A DNA stretch of 64,000 nucleotides from Felis catus (lineage: Eukaryota): NCBI RefSeq assembly GCF_018350175.1, contig NC_058368.1, forward strand, positions 4,030,001 through 4,094,000. The letters are read 5' to 3'. The notes beneath the pieces are model-generated. The model did no database searches, was not told where the DNA came from, and worked only from the letters and a program-made list of their open reading frames with translations. The position numbers and the translations under genes were made by a program. Below are positions 1 to 12,748 of this stretch, one piece after another (positions within the stretch are counted from its first letter, which is position 1; the number at the start of each line of letters is the position of its first letter).

Positions 1-869
1 CATCTAAAAAGAAGCGTAGCATCCACGGTGCCCCGGGCACTGGTATCAGGCTAAAAGAGCACGTTCCTGCCTAGGGGGCTTGTCACCTCCCGGGAACAGC
101 AATCAGGCAGAAATTGCAAGATGGCGGCCTCCACCCCCTTTTCTTTTTCTCACCCCCATTCTTTCCCTTCATGCTTCTCTCTTGCTTGGGCATCTGAATG
201 GCCAAAATCAACATTGACGGGGCTTTCCTGGACCAGCACCATGGTTCATGAGCCAGTCAGGAAAGGGACTGCCCTCCTGGTGGATTTTATATCTGGAATG
301 AAATCTGTTTCGTTTTGTTCTTTCTTCCCCCATTATCTTCGTGCCCACGCACACCGCAGAGTTCAGCTTCCAGGCAGATCTATCTAAGACACCGGTGGTG
401 GCTTACGGCCCAGTTAGGGCACACTTCAGGTCCTCTACATCTTTCCTGCGCATGAACAAAGTCCCAGTTGAAAGTGGTCCTGGCATTCCCTTCCCCCGCA
501 TCCTCATTTGCCTGTGCGTGTTTGTAGAAATGATTTGTCTTTCCACCTCTTCAGACCTTCCTGAGGAAGGACAGTGCAGACAGAATAACTATCACCAGCA
601 CACTCCTACCACTCTCAGGGGCCAGGGAGCTGTCCTTTGATCACCGCTTGCTTCTTCACACAGGAGGGCAATGACAGGCTATTCCCATAGCTAACACCTC
701 CTTCCCAAGTATATTTGTATTTTAACAGGGGATTCTTCATTTCTGCTGCTGGGTGGGAACTGGGTTCATATTGGGGGAAGTTTAGTTACCCGATTCCCCC
801 TGAAGTCATATCTCGAGGATAGTTGTTCATTTTCAGTAGCAATGATGACGGTGAGAAACTCAAAACAAG

Positions 870-1085
870 GCCTAATAATAATCCCTGCCATTAATTAAGT
901 ACTTACCAGCCACCAAGTGCTTATTTAAATCTTCACTAAAACTCTATGAGGCATTTTTATTACTATTTTATTCCAAAGGATGATGAAAGATTCAAAAAGG
1001 TCATAACTGCCCAAGACCACACACAGGGCCAACATCTAACCCCACTCGAAGTGAACCCCAAACCTGGGTTTTTAATCACTGTCCA
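870..1085 (-). mobile_element. MIR SINE fragment (ancient)
   Basis: Degenerate MIR core-like text (aatcttcac..ctatgagg..attttatt..gatgaaa..ggtcataactgcccaagaccacaca); boundaries approximate. Confidence 0.55.
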
Positions 1086-1094
1086 CATCCCCAT

Positions 1095-1280
1095 ACGGGG
1101 TTGTGACTGACAGAACTAGAGATGTTTATCCTGGAGAAAAAAAAAAAAAAAATGACTCCCAGGGACGTCTTATGCTATCTAAATAGAGGAACGTTTTTCA
1201 TGTATAAATATTTCTGTGGCTCCAGAGACAGACAAATTTGGGGTTCACTCTGATGAAACACATCCCAACAACTAGAACAA
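1095..1280 (+). mobile_element. L3/CR1 LINE 3' fragment
   Basis: gaactagagatgtttatcctggagaa...ctgtggctccagag resembles the recalled L3 3' consensus; heavily diverged. Confidence 0.5.
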
Positions 1281-1583
1281 TTCTCATTTTTATTCATTTA
1301 CCACCAACTACCTGTCAAATCCACATCCACCCATCATATTCACTCCCCCCATGTACCTACAAAGAAGACATCATCCACACTTAGAAGTCAGAGAAGATAA
1401 ATAATCTGCCTCAGGTTTCCTTGCAAATGCAAGTGTCAACATTGGGATTCAGGTCTCTGCTCAATTTCCCTTATTCTGTGCTGCTCTCCAGAATTGAGTG
1501 AGGAGAAAAGGCTTTGCTTGAGATTTTAAAAACCGTGCATGATCAGCATGCCCTGGAGACAGCAAGGTCCTAGGTTCTCTTCT

Positions 1584-1797
1584 TTAAAAAAAAAAAAAAA
1601 AAAAAAAGTTCATTTATTTTTGAGAGAGAGAGAAAGCACGGGGGAGGGGCAAAAAGAGAGGGAGACAGAGGATCCAAAGTGGAATCCATGCTGACAGCAG
1701 AGAGCCCAATGCCAGGCTCGAACTCACAGGCTGAGCTGTGAGATCATGACCTGAGCTCAAGTTGGACGTTCAACCAACTGAGCCACCCGGGGGCCCC
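1584..1797 (-). mobile_element. Can-SINE (felid type)
   Basis: Reverse-complement SINE body; TSD taggttctcttct at 1571-1583 and 1798-1810. Confidence 0.95.
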
Positions 1798-2031
1798 TAG
1801 GTTCTCTTCTAAGAGCTGATCACGGTCTTGTATTTCAAACAGATGGCAATTTTACAGGCTGGCCAGATGTAGGCGCGTGTTAGCTCTCACACATACACAC
1901 GGGGGAACAATTCTAAACATAAATTTACAAGCATGAATTACACAATGAAGATATAGACACTCGGCCAAAAAGGGGAGATTTTACAAATTAACTACGTCCT
2001 TTCAGTTAGTCATTTAAAACACACTCCGCTT

Positions 2032-2250
2032 GGGGCGCCTGGGTGGCGCAGTCGGTTAAGCGTCCGACTTCAGCCAGGTCACGATCTCGCGGTCCGTGGG
2101 TTTGAGCCCCGCGTCAGGCTCTGGGCTGATGGCTCGGAGCCTGGAGCCTGTTTCCGATTCTGTGTCTCCCTCTCTCTCTGCCCCTCCCCCGTTCATGCTC
2201 TGTCTCTCTCTGTCCCAAAAATAAATAAACGTTGAAAAAAAAAAAAATTT
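2032..2250 (+). mobile_element. Young Can-SINE (SINEC_Fc-like)
   Basis: GGGGCGCCTGGGTGGCGCAGTCGGTTAAGCG head, (CT)n, A tail, CpGs intact; perfect 16-bp TSD aaaacacactccgctt at 2016-2031 and 2251-2266. Confidence 0.97.
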
Positions 2251-3223
2251 AAAACACACTCCGCTTTATTGAATGGTATCTCAAATAGAATCCCGAACGT
2301 AATTCGATTAAACTAACATCCTATAGTCATAAGTACGTGAGAAACAGTTTATTTATGAAACATAAATGGAAATCTTATTGATTTTTTTTTATTTTGACTA
2401 ATTCCTGTTTATATTCACTAAAGATTTTGAAAAAAAAAAAAAAAAACACGTTCTTATGAATCCCATTCCTAAACATCTGGGCTCAGAGTGGTATGGCCAA
2501 TGAGGAGTTCAAAGGGTGAATTATTTTATCTCTGTGCAAAGCCAATGCCATAACTTGGAAACCACACATCTGTGAATTTGTGAGAAGGAAGACTGTATTT
2601 TTTTTCCTTTGCTTTATAGTAAAAGAGGAGAGCCTGGACAGTCTTCCTCACCCAGAGGGTTTATAAATGGCCGCACACACATGCTGTCTTAGGGAACAAT
2701 TATAGCGGCTGGCAGGAAGCCTCTACTGGAGGGGACACAAAGAAAATGCTAGTTAGAAATAGGTCAAGGGAGTTGTTTAAGGACAGTGACAGTGAATCCA
2801 TTAAAAAACAAAACAACTGAATTTTACACGAGCGCTACAATCCAATAGAAGCTTCATCTATTAAAATTCTACATTTTGCTCATTTCCCAAACCATTTCAA
2901 ATTTTCTCTTGATAGGATCTCGTTGGATGAATTAAATTGTCAGACGCTGGAAAAATGAAGATGTCTGCTTACTCACTGCTTATAAAAGTGAATATTTCTT
3001 AAGTACCAAGGACAAATTTTTAAATAAGAAAAGCATAGATAATATTCAAATGTACATTTTTTTCAGAAGCCACCCAAATCAGAACTTAAGTTCATCCAAA
3101 ACAAACCAAATGATTGCGCACTATTTATATCCTCTTTATAAATATAATGGCTAAGTAACCGACATATAAAACTCATCAATTAGAAAACTATTTAAGGCAA
3201 TTGAATATGGTTCAGAAAATGTA

Positions 3224-3444
3224 TTTTTTTTTAATTTTTTAATGTTTATTTATTTTTGAGAGAAAGGGTAGACAGAGCGTGAGTGGGGGAGAGGCAGAGG
3301 GAGAGGGAGACACAGAATCTGAAGCAGGCTCCAGGCTCTGAGTTGTCAGCACAGAGCCCGACGTGGGGCTCGAACCCACGAACTGTGAGACCGTGACCTG
3401 AGCCGAAGTCGGACGCTCAACCCACGGAGCCACCCAGGCACCCC
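3224..3444 (-). mobile_element. Can-SINE (felid type)
   Basis: Full SINE body on the minus strand; imperfect TSD agaaaatgtattttt / aggaaacgtattttt. Confidence 0.95.
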
Positions 3445-3689
3445 AGGAAACGTATTTTTAATCGCATTGGTAATTAAAATTTTATGTGTGTTTGTCTTTT
3501 AAGTCATTGGTCACCTTCTTGTTTTCTAAACATTTTCCTTTTTTTGAGTAAATAACCTGCAGATATCGTAAATATAAGACAAATATTCCAAAAAGGAAAT
3601 ATTGCGTATTCTCTGCAAACCCTTCACCTACGCGTCCAATCAGCTGCCACGTCTGAGTGCCCCATCACACTAGCTATCTTTGAATCCGT

Positions 3690-4360
3690 TCCTTCCTGGT
3701 GTCCATATTAGTTTGGGCTTTCCTCTCTCTTGCTCAGACCATGAGGTCAGGGCCCTAACTTTCCTCACTGCCCCAAATCCTTTCCCTTCAGTCAATCCTT
3801 CACAGTGCCATTGAGTTATTCTAGAATGGAGTATGACAAAGCCTCTCCCCTTCATAATGATGTTCAGTACTTCAAGTTACCCGCATGATCAAGGTCAAAT
3901 GCTTCAAAGACAGGCTCACTTTCTAGCCTTGTCCCCTCCCCTCCTTCCTGAACATCCCCCCCCAACCCCGCCACCAAGAACGCTGCAGGCACGTTCACGT
4001 CTTTGTACTCGTTTTTGCACATTTCTCGCACATTCTGTTTCCTCCCGCAGCATCTGCCTCCTCCCTACCTCTTAAACTCAGTACCCATCCTTGGTGGCCC
4101 AGCTCAAACGCCCCTCCAGTTTTCCCTCTCGACCCAACACTGCCTAAGGAAAAACGGGAATGGGGCCATGACAGATAAGGCTGCCGGGCCCTTTCTTATT
4201 CTCTTATAATACTTATAATACCGTGTACTTACATGGCTGCATCCCACTCTGGAGACCGGGAACCTTTTAAGAACAGAAAGCTGGTGTCGGTATCCCTCAT
4301 CCACCCCCCCCAGAGACTGGCACACAATCCAGCCAGTGCTTATGGAGTGAGCGAGGACCG
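3690..4360 (+). mobile_element. L2 LINE 3' fragment
   Basis: Pyrimidine-rich L2-like text ending gactggcacac...tggagtgagcga; boundaries approximate. Confidence 0.5.
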
Positions 4361-5292
4361 ACGAAGGTAAGCTGGGCAAATGCAAGATCTTTCTCTGAAC
4401 GGCTGATGAAAAGCCAGAACCTTAGACTCGGGCCGTGCATCAGGGAAGAACTGATCTTATATTGAAGCTGTTAAATGGGTGAACAGGGGACGTTGGAAAC
4501 ACTCCTTCGCATTTTAGGAGACAGCTATAAAACACTTGAGAGATGGGAAGAACCTGATAATCACGACTACCCAGACCCTACCCGTCCATCGATGCCCAGC
4601 CAGCAGGGCAGAGGGCTTCCTCTAGCGGAGGCGATGAGAAGAAACCTCTGTCTTCTTGAACATCGTTAGCACTTAACTTTCACGTATGGGTGACTGAAGA
4701 AGGAATGGATTGTCTTTATTCATAAACTATGGAAACGTCTCTCGCTCACAACCTCTCCCGTGTCGTTCCATGTCCCACAACATTCACGGCTGAAAACGGG
4801 GAGCCCGAGTTTTCATATACTTGGTTGCTCATGACCATTCCCTAGAGGCACTTCCCCACCTCCATACAAAGCAAGAACTAGAAGAAACGTGGGTTGTTCT
4901 TATCTTTTTTTTTTCTTTTCTGTAATACTCCTCTTAACGGACAGATATTAATAGGTGGCACCAGAAAAAACTGGGAGCTGGTCTAACCTTTCATCGCAAA
5001 CTCCAAAACAGTTTCTCACAGCCTGGGGAGAGGTACACTCCTTCACGACACAGAAGTTGGGGGAAAGCAGTGATTCAAAAAGAGAAAAGAAAAGCAACAG
5101 GGCCAAAGGGAAGTTGGGACTCAGCCTATGGAAGATCAGACGGTAAGGAGTTATTGGCATTTGTGCGGAGTCTAAAAAATGTTTGTGGTCAATGCTGTGA
5201 GCATTTACTGGTCACTTCCTGCACTAAGGGCTTCCTTCAGGAGCTAGAAGTCCTGGTACACATCAACTGATTGCTCTACTTGCCACATACAC

Positions 5293-5384
5293 TTTAAAGT
5301 ACACTCTATGCCCAATGTGGGCCTTGAACTCATGACCCCAAGATCAAGAGTCTCATGCTCTACCAACTGAGCCAGCCAGGCACC
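5293..5384 (-). mobile_element. Short tRNA-Lys-derived SINE
   Basis: Reverse complement GGTGCCTGGCTGGCTCAGTTGGTAGAGCATGAGACTCTTGATCTTGGGGTCATGAGTTCAAGGCCCACATTGGGC is colinear with tRNA-Lys(CTT) but mutated; no (CT)n region. Confidence 0.85.
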
Positions 5385-6452
5385 ACTAAACATTTCTTTT
5401 TTGTCTTAATATATCGGTGGTACCAATCCATTTACACGTGAAAGTACCATCTGCCCACGTAGGATGATGATCTGAGATCTGGTGACGAAGCCGCTGGGGA
5501 GGATCTCTGGAGCAGAAGACCCTCGGTGGGCCATGAAGTTCAAGTACGTAATTCCTTACTAAGTCCTTGCAACTGAATTTGTTCCTAAAACCTAAACTTC
5601 CTCAAGCTTAAAAAGTCTTTTCAAGTGTGAGAATAATGAATTTTAAAACTTCCATTTTGTAATAGATGACTACCCACGAGAAAGATATTAAATTAAACAA
5701 TGTTAGTTATTCCGCTTTAATGACCTTACGGTAGAAATCAGCCACCAACACTAGGCGTGGCTTCAACAGTCGACTGACTGGATGCAGGAGGTTCAGAAGA
5801 CAGCTTAATTCATGGAGAATCCACTTTACCCATGACGGGCATGAACTAAAGAACCTTAACCCTTGGAGCAGACTTCGCTAAATAAGTTTAGGCAAACTGA
5901 TAACATAACTCGGAAAGCGCTTACTTCCAAAAAGCAAACTAACAATTGCCTGTTTCAGAATTGGAAATAAGGGTTTGTAACAAGCTCTTACTGTGACATG
6001 ACCTATGGATCCACAGAGTATGACGATAGGCACCGCTATGCAGCAAAATGTAGATAGGTTTGCCTTTTACAGTGACTGGTCAGTGGGCAGAGAGAAATGA
6101 TCATTTGCCTCTGCACTTAATACGATGTCTGCAAAGCACGTGTTGTCCTTGAAAACCTGTCCTCTCCTATAACTCAACCGGAGTTTTAAGCTAAGCCTTC
6201 CCTCATTAGAAAAAAAAAAGGAAAACAAGACAGTAGACGTGTACAAGGGGTCTGGAACGCATCCTTCTCTTTGAAGAACACGTTTGCTTTGTTCTTCTGC
6301 ATGCAGGTGGAAAGAAGGGATAAATTACAGTGTCTGAACTCTGTTCCTTGGATTCTGCATTTAGTCACCATTTCCTTGCAACATGGCAAGGGGCAGTTCC
6401 TTTAATTCTTTTGGGGAGAAGGGAGCAATTTACTTTTATGTCAGAATGTCAT

Positions 6453-6663
6453 GGGGTGCCTGGGGGGCTCAGTCGGTTAAGGGTCTGACTCTTGATTTCA
6501 GCTCAGGTCATGATCTCACCGTTCATGAGTTCGAGCCTCACATCGTGCTCTGTGCCGACGGGGCAGAGCTTGCTTGGGAGTCTCTCTCTCTACCCTCTCT
6601 CTCTCGCCTCTACCCTACTTGCTCTCTCACCATAAATAAATGAACTTTAAACAAATTTTTTTA
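6453..6663 (+). mobile_element. Can-SINE (older subfamily, CTCTTGATTTC variant)
   Basis: SINE head, (CT)n, AATAAA tail; short TSD aatgtca. Confidence 0.92.
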
Positions 6664-7005
6664 AATGTCAAGTTGTTTGGCCATGCCTACCTATGCCGGA
6701 GGTCCCAATAATACAGAACCACTTTTATACAGCTTTTCTGTTTTTCATATTTTAGAAGATCTTTCAAGGGATTTTTTTCCTATTCATTCTATGAGAGATT
6801 TTATATAGAACCTGTTACTTGGTCTAGAAGCCGCTGTAGGCTTCCGATTGTGTCTGGCTCTGAAAAGAATTAATGTTTCTGTCTGCACTGTTTTTCTTAT
6901 GGCTGTGGCTTTCAATCATAATAAATTAGAAAAAGCAGAATAATTTATGTCAAGAATTCATATATAGAGCATTTTTCCTACTGTTTAATTAAAATTTAAG
7001 ATATA

Positions 7006-7010
7006 CAAAA

Positions 7011-7054
<44 letters not shown>

Positions 7055-7059
7055 AAAAT
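7006..7059 (+). repeat. (AAAT)n microsatellite flanked by a 15-bp direct repeat (tail-only retroposon insertion)
   Basis: aaaatttaagatata at 6991-7005 and 7060-7074. Confidence 0.85.
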
Positions 7060-7177
7060 AAAATTTAAGATATATATACATATATCTTCAATTTGACTCT
7101 AAGTTATCATTTCCAAATGACATTTTTGTCCCCTTAAGAGAGTCAGTAAATGAGATTATTTAAAACCCTAGTGTCTT

Positions 7178-7405
7178 GGGGTGCCTGGGTGGCTCAGTTG
7201 GTTAAGCGTCTGACTTCAGCTCAGGCCACGATCTCACAGTTCGTGGGTTCGAGCCCCACGGCCGGCTCTGTGCTGACAGCTCAGAGCCTGGAGCCTGCTT
7301 CGGATTCTGTGTCTCCTTCTCCCTCTGCCCCTCTCCCACTTGTCTCTCGCTCTCTCAAAAATAAATAAACATTAAAAAAAATCTTTTAAAAATAAAAAAA
7401 TAAAT
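7178..7405 (+). mobile_element. Can-SINE (felid type)
   Basis: Full length; TSD aaa(a/g)ccctagtgtctt at 7162-7177 and 7406-7421. Confidence 0.96.
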
Positions 7406-7526
7406 AAAGCCCTAGTGTCTTATGCTGGGTAATAAATTAACTCTATATTCTTCTCAAGAAACATCTACCAGTTGATTTTTCAGCGAAGAGTGCCTTCTTA
7501 AGCAGTGTTTAAAGGGTGATGATTCC

Positions 7527-7756
7527 GGGGCACCTGGGTGGCTCAGTCGGTTGAGTGTCCGACTTCGGCTCAGGTCACGATCTCGCAGTCCGTGAGTTCG
7601 AGCCCTGCGTCGGGCTCTGTGCCGACACCTCGGAGCCTGGAGCCTGCTTCAGGTTCTGTGTCTCCCTCTCTCTCTGCCCTTCCCCCACTTGTGCTCTTGT
7701 GCTCTCTCTCTGCCTCTCAAAAATAAAATAAATGTAAAAAAAAATTAAAAAAAAAA
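7527..7756 (+). mobile_element. Can-SINE (felid type)
   Basis: Full length; TSD taaagggtga(t/c)gattcc at 7510-7526 and 7757-7773. Confidence 0.96.
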
Positions 7757-7906
7757 TAAAGGGTGACGATTCCAATGCCTACAAACGTTAAATAACGAAC
7801 GTATTTCCATCTCTGTTAATGCCCCCCTCTCCTTCCCGATCCCTCTGGGGGATCGCAGGGAACTTCCTCTGGCACCACCCACAGAACTCCCTCCTTCCAA
7901 ACGCAC

Positions 7907-8036
7907 CTGCCTGGAGTGGAGAAGCCTTGAGGGCTCTTTCGGGGTGACCCCTGCAGTTTGAGAAGGGCCACTACACAGCCGCACCCGCCAGGGCCTTGCC
8001 GTGGGGACCGGCACAAAACAGAGGGCAGGACTGGCT
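7907..8036 (-). other. Candidate exon (130 nt)
   Basis: Strong acceptor TTTGTTCCTTCCCCTCTTTCTCTTTACTTCGGCACGTTAG, donor CAG|GTGCGT; open with phase-2 entry (ASPALCFVPVPTARPW...LLHSRQ). Confidence 0.3.
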
Positions 8037-8323
8037 CTAACGTGCCGAAGTAAAGAGAAAGAGGGGAAGGAACAAATTCAGCAGAACGTCAGTAAGTATT
8101 CAATCCGCGTAATGAGCGTGTGGGTGTTCATCGCAATGGTGTCTTCTACCTCTACGGATGCCTAAGAGCTTTCGGGATAATATATTTTGAAAGGGGGCAC
8201 GGGGGTCCGAGGGCCAGGCACACGACTTCTGCCAATCACGGGTAAAGAGGGTGAAGGCCCAGGCTCCATTCCACCTACACCGAACGGCCTCTGCCTCTCA
8301 CGTCCACTCTCCACTTGGCTCAC

Positions 8324-8359
8324 CTGGTCGGGTGAGCCTCAGGGCACTTTCGCCGCAGG
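8324..8359 (-). other. Candidate exon (36 nt)
   Basis: Acceptor ...GGACTCAG, donor CAG|GTGAGC; length divisible by 3, open (LRRKCPEAHPT in phase 2). Confidence 0.25.
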
Positions 8360-8839
8360 CTGAGTCCACCAACAGGAGGGTCAACGCGAGAGTGACGTCA
8401 GAGAACCCATTCCCCCAACACCCATCCCACATCCTCACCCCACGGCCTGACGGTGTCTTTCAACCAAAGGTCACCTCTCAAGGGACGTTGTTCCTTGTCC
8501 TTCAAGGTTCAGGCAACCGTTTCCGCCCTGGTTCCCCTGGCCTCGGGAGGTAACGGTGCCTCGGCTGTCAGGTTCCTCGGCATTTGCCCGTTCCTTTTCA
8601 CCACTGCATGTAAACCCTTGGCTTATCCTAAGCTGACTGCGGGGACCCTGTCTGATAGAGCGCTCACCAGAGCGTGATTGCCTATTCTGTCCACGAAGGA
8701 GAAGGTGAATCCGACTTACTATTCTGAGAAGCAGCAGCGTGCCTGGCTGGCAGGGAGCCCCTGCAGACCATTCCTGAGTATGTCTGTCCCTCCTTCCCTC
8801 CCCAGATTCCTCCCCTTGCTCACTGGCGATGGATTTCTT

Positions 8840-9066
8840 TTTTTTTTTTTTTAATTTTTTTTTAACGTTTATTTATTTTTGGGACAGAGAGAGACAGAGC
8901 ATGAACAGGGGAGGGGCAGAGAGAGAGGGAGACACAGAATCGGAAGCAGGCTCCAGGCTCTGAGCCATCAGCCCAGAGCCCGACGCGGGGATCGAACTCC
9001 CGGACCGCGAGATCGTGACCTGAGCTGAAGTCGGACGCTTAACCGCCGGAGCCACCCAGGCGCCCC
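8840..9066 (-). mobile_element. Young Can-SINE (SINEC_Fc-like)
   Basis: Full length, CpGs intact; TSD tgg(c/t)gatggatttctt. Confidence 0.97.
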
Positions 9067-9622
9067 TGGTGATGGATTTCTTACTGCTCTGAAGCTGATA
9101 GCTCCGGATCAGCCGCAGATCAGCCACTAGGCTGCAAGTACCCCACGGAAGGGCTTAGAGCCGCACACGCAGGCTGAGGTCGCCCTCCCCCGGGAGCCAG
9201 AAAAATGGAAACCGCAGGGAAACCACGCTGGCCGTTTCGTCACCACTCGGTGACGGCCGCCACCCGTCTCGTCCTCCGCGGCCTCCTGATGATGATGCTT
9301 TCCCTAAAGATACCGTGTGGTCTCCACCAGGATTCTGCCCCCCGCCCCCGCCTCTTTGCGTCTTGTGTTTTCCATTGGATGGCCAAAGACACTGGAGAAG
9401 CCCCTCCCCAGGCAGACCCTGGGGACACACGCGGACACACCGAGGGGATGATAGTGGCAAGAAGGAAAATCCCTGCAACCGACCTAGAGGGGTAAGACAG
9501 ACCGGCTTCCGACGGTTCCTTGGGTCAGGAGGGCAGGAGGCAGCACAACTCCTGTGACAGCTGTGTGATGGCAGAAGCCGTCGCGGAGGGCTAGATGTCG
9601 TGCGACTTTCTGGATAACGGAG

Positions 9623-9989
9623 AGTTAGAAAGAAAACCCCGGGCCCAAGCGGGCTCACTTATGTTAAGAGCGTCACGTCAGCAAACCAAGACTTAATACC
9701 TAACCCAACTGCAGTCTCACCCGCCTCCGAAATGTAACCTTTAACCAGTCAACAGGAAATTTCCGCTCAGCGCTAGCAAATATGCTGATAGACCCCTTCC
9801 ACTCTCCTTAGGAGGGTGACCTTGCCTACACCAATGCATTCTTCACTAATAACTTCGCTTTTTCCACTCCGTCTCTGCCTTCAAAAACCTTTCCTTTTCT
9901 AGACCTCCTTTCTATTTGCTACATGGGATGCTGCCTGATTCGTGAGTTTGATCTTTTAAATTACCCCGTTGAATTTTCGTTGCTTAACA
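9623..9989 (+). mobile_element. Solo ERV LTR (probably carnivore ERV1 class)
   Basis: Starts (t)gttagaaagaaaacccc..ggcccaa..tcacttatgttaag, ends ttaaca; about 370 bp. Confidence 0.6.
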
Positions 9990-10275
9990 GAAGTAATCGT
10001 AACAAGTGTTACCTTTTCTTGGGCATTCTGGGTCCGATGCTACGCTAAGTGTCTTACGCTCGTGACTTCTAACATTGTAGGCACTATGATCACCATACTA
10101 AGAAAAAGTAACGTACTCAAGGCCATGTAACTGTAAATATCAAAGCTGAGACTCAAACCAAATATGTCTGGCTCAAGAGTTAATACTCTTTCCATTACAC
10201 AATTTGTTTTCTCTGAAAGGAGGTGGAAGGATATCTGTTCCGAGTTTGTTTTGTTTGGGTGCAGAGGTATCTAAG

Positions 10276-10284
10276 GAGAAGAGA

Positions 10285-10319
<35 letters not shown>
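10276..10319. repeat. (GA)n/(GAGAA)n microsatellite
   Basis: Direct inspection. Confidence 0.95.
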
Positions 10320-10322
<3 letters not shown>

Positions 10323-11121
10323 ACGGAAGAGGCAGGACAGGCCCCATCCTCCTCTCTCTGCTCATACATAAGGGACTGGTTTTGAGCCTATGAGGACAGA
10401 AACTCAGGCACAGTGCTGATGAAAAGTTGAACTGGATTAAGTCCACACAGCACTGCTTTCTCCCTTAGAGAACAAAACCAGCCCAGGCTTGAGGAGAAGC
10501 CACTCCTCTCCCCTCACTGCCCTGTTCCCATGTTTCAGAGTCGTTTGGGGCTCAAGGTGTCCACAGGGGATAATGTCTTACAGAAGCACCTGCTGCAGAG
10601 ACCTTGACAAGTCCCCTTGACCGAGAGGCTCAAGAGGAAAGAAAGGGAGCAAATTCATTTCTGAGCCCGTATAAGACGTCACCACCCTGAGGAGGCCCCG
10701 ACACGGCCAGGGAAGAATTTACGCAGACAAGAGGAGCATGGGGGGGTTAAGGTCTGATCAGACAGGTGAAGGCTTGGAGCCATGGAGATATGGATGTAAA
10801 TATTAACTGACCTTATTTATACTCGTGAACTACTGGAACCGAGGAGGTGTGGAATAGTGACTAAGCCACATGTTCTTTCTTTGGACTCCTAAAACCCTGG
10901 CTCTTTGTTGGGGTCACTGCCATTAGACCCATGGCTTCAAGCCTGCGTCTGCTCCCGCCCCCTCGTGAGAACGCCAAGGTCTGGCTTCTTTTCCTGGCCC
11001 TCCGCCGCCCACCTGCTCTTCCCTTTCTCGGCTTCGTTTCATACACTAGGTCTCAGCTTCCTTGTCTGTTCTCCTGAAGACTGGACTCCACTCTCCCATC
11101 TGAATTTTTCTTACTTCCTAG

Positions 11122-11767
11122 TGTGTTCCAGGGGGAAAAAAACAAAACATGCATTTGGTTTTTGTCTCCTTGGGCCTGGGACAGAGCTTGGAAATTTCCT
11201 GAGCCACAGGGCTCGTTTGGGTATGCTAATGAGATCACTTGTGGCAGAACTGTTACGTAGGTTCAAGAAGCAATCGTGTGATTCGCGGTTTAGAACTTTC
11301 AGCTGCCCACCCCCCCTCCCGACCTCCAGGGAGGGGAGAGGGGCTGCAAATTGACTTCGGCCATGGATGACTTGACCAATTTTGCCTACCAAGTCAAACT
11401 TCAGTAAAACCCCCCAAAACAACGAGGCTCAGGAATCTTCCAGGTGGGTGAACACACTAAGGTGACGGGAGGGCCCGGAAACTCTGCACACCCCTTCCCC
11501 CCAAGTCTTGTCCACTGCTTCTCTTCCACTTGGCTGTGACTGAGTCACTTGCGAGTGAAGTGCCGAGTTCTGAGTCGTTCTACTGAGACGCTGAACCTGA
11601 GGGAGGGCATCATGGGAATCCCTGAATTTGTAGTTGGGCAGCCTGGAGATCCCACTTGTGTCTGGCCCCTGAAGTGGGGGGCCAGACTTGTAGGGTCTGT
11701 GCTAACTCTTGGTAGTGTCAGTTGGAGAATTAGGAGACTGATTGCTTTGGGAAAAGATGGCGCAACA
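11122..11767 (+). mobile_element. MER21-like solo LTR
   Basis: TG...CA ends; hallmark segments gaactttcagc..cccgacctccagggaggggagaggggctg, ggtgaacac and ctgaagtggggg. Confidence 0.75.
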
Positions 11768-11919
11768 TCCACCCAAAGTAGGTTGCTGTCGATACTCGTC
11801 TTGATTGTATTTAACGTGGTAAGGATATTCTCGCAGCCTTGGCGAGGACACTGACAAACACGTGCACGAACCACCACGGAGCCATCAGGCAAGAGCCTCC
11901 AACACCCTTCTGTCCCGCC

Positions 11920-12593
11920 GAGAGCCGTCATCATCTCTCGCCTGGATTGTTCCGGCAACCCATAAGGGGTCTCCCCACTTCTATACCTGGCCCTCTACGC
12001 AGCAGCTAGAGGGATCCTCTAAACACGTAAATCAGAGCACATCACTCCTTAAAACGCTGCAGTGGACTCCCAGTTCCTTCACAGTGACCTGGTGCCCAGC
12101 TCCTGTTCAACTGCATCATCAACTGGCCATCATTCACCTCACTCCATGCCTGTCACCTCCTTATTCTTGGAACATTCCAGGCAGCTCCCACCTAGAGGCT
12201 TTGCACGGGTTCCCCTATCTGGAACCTTCTTCCCCTAAATAGCTTGTGATTATTGCCTCCCCTCCTTCAAGTGTTTGCTCAGATTTCACCCTTCTCCGCG
12301 AGGTCTGTCCCGACCTTCCTATTTAAAATTGTGACACATCTTCTCATACAACCCCTTCAGACTCCCACCTCCTTGTCCCGGCCTAGCGTTCCTTTTGTTC
12401 CGTCATAGAAGATAGCATATAATGTAATCATGCATTGCATTTGTTGTTTCTTTTCCCTCTTTCCTTGCTAGAATGTAAGAGTCACAAAGTCCACATTTCC
12501 TTGCTAGAATGTAAGAGTCACAATTCTTCCCCTGATGTATTCCAAGTGCCCGGCACATGATAAATGCGCAATACACATTAGGCGAGTGGATGA
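11920..12593 (+). mobile_element. L2 LINE 3' end
   Basis: catcatctctcgcctggatt..tagaatgtaag..agtgcccggcacatgataaatgcgcaatacac; contains a 28-bp internal duplication. Confidence 0.8.
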
Positions 12594-12748
12594 TTTTAAG
12601 AACAGAGGTCTGTCTGAAGGACCCTGATGGACAGTGCTGCCCTGTAATCCCCAGGTTAGATGTGGAAGTGGCTGCATTTGGTAGACCCTGGGAGACGCTG
12701 GGAGAGGCAGGTCTAGTCACGCTGGTCCGGAGCTTGCTTGAACCTGGG

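Noticed and set aside
5293..5384. tRNA-Lys gene (also 51747-51858)
   Set aside because: Mismatched stems and SINE-type flanks or A tail indicate a tRNA-derived SINE.
8393..8400. CRE palindrome TGACGTCA and scattered AP-1 TGAGTCA sites
   Set aside because: Single short motifs are expected by chance in 64 kb.
12460..12523. CRISPR-like repeat-spacer-repeat
   Set aside because: Only two repeats, an 8-nt spacer, inside a mammalian L2, and no cas genes.
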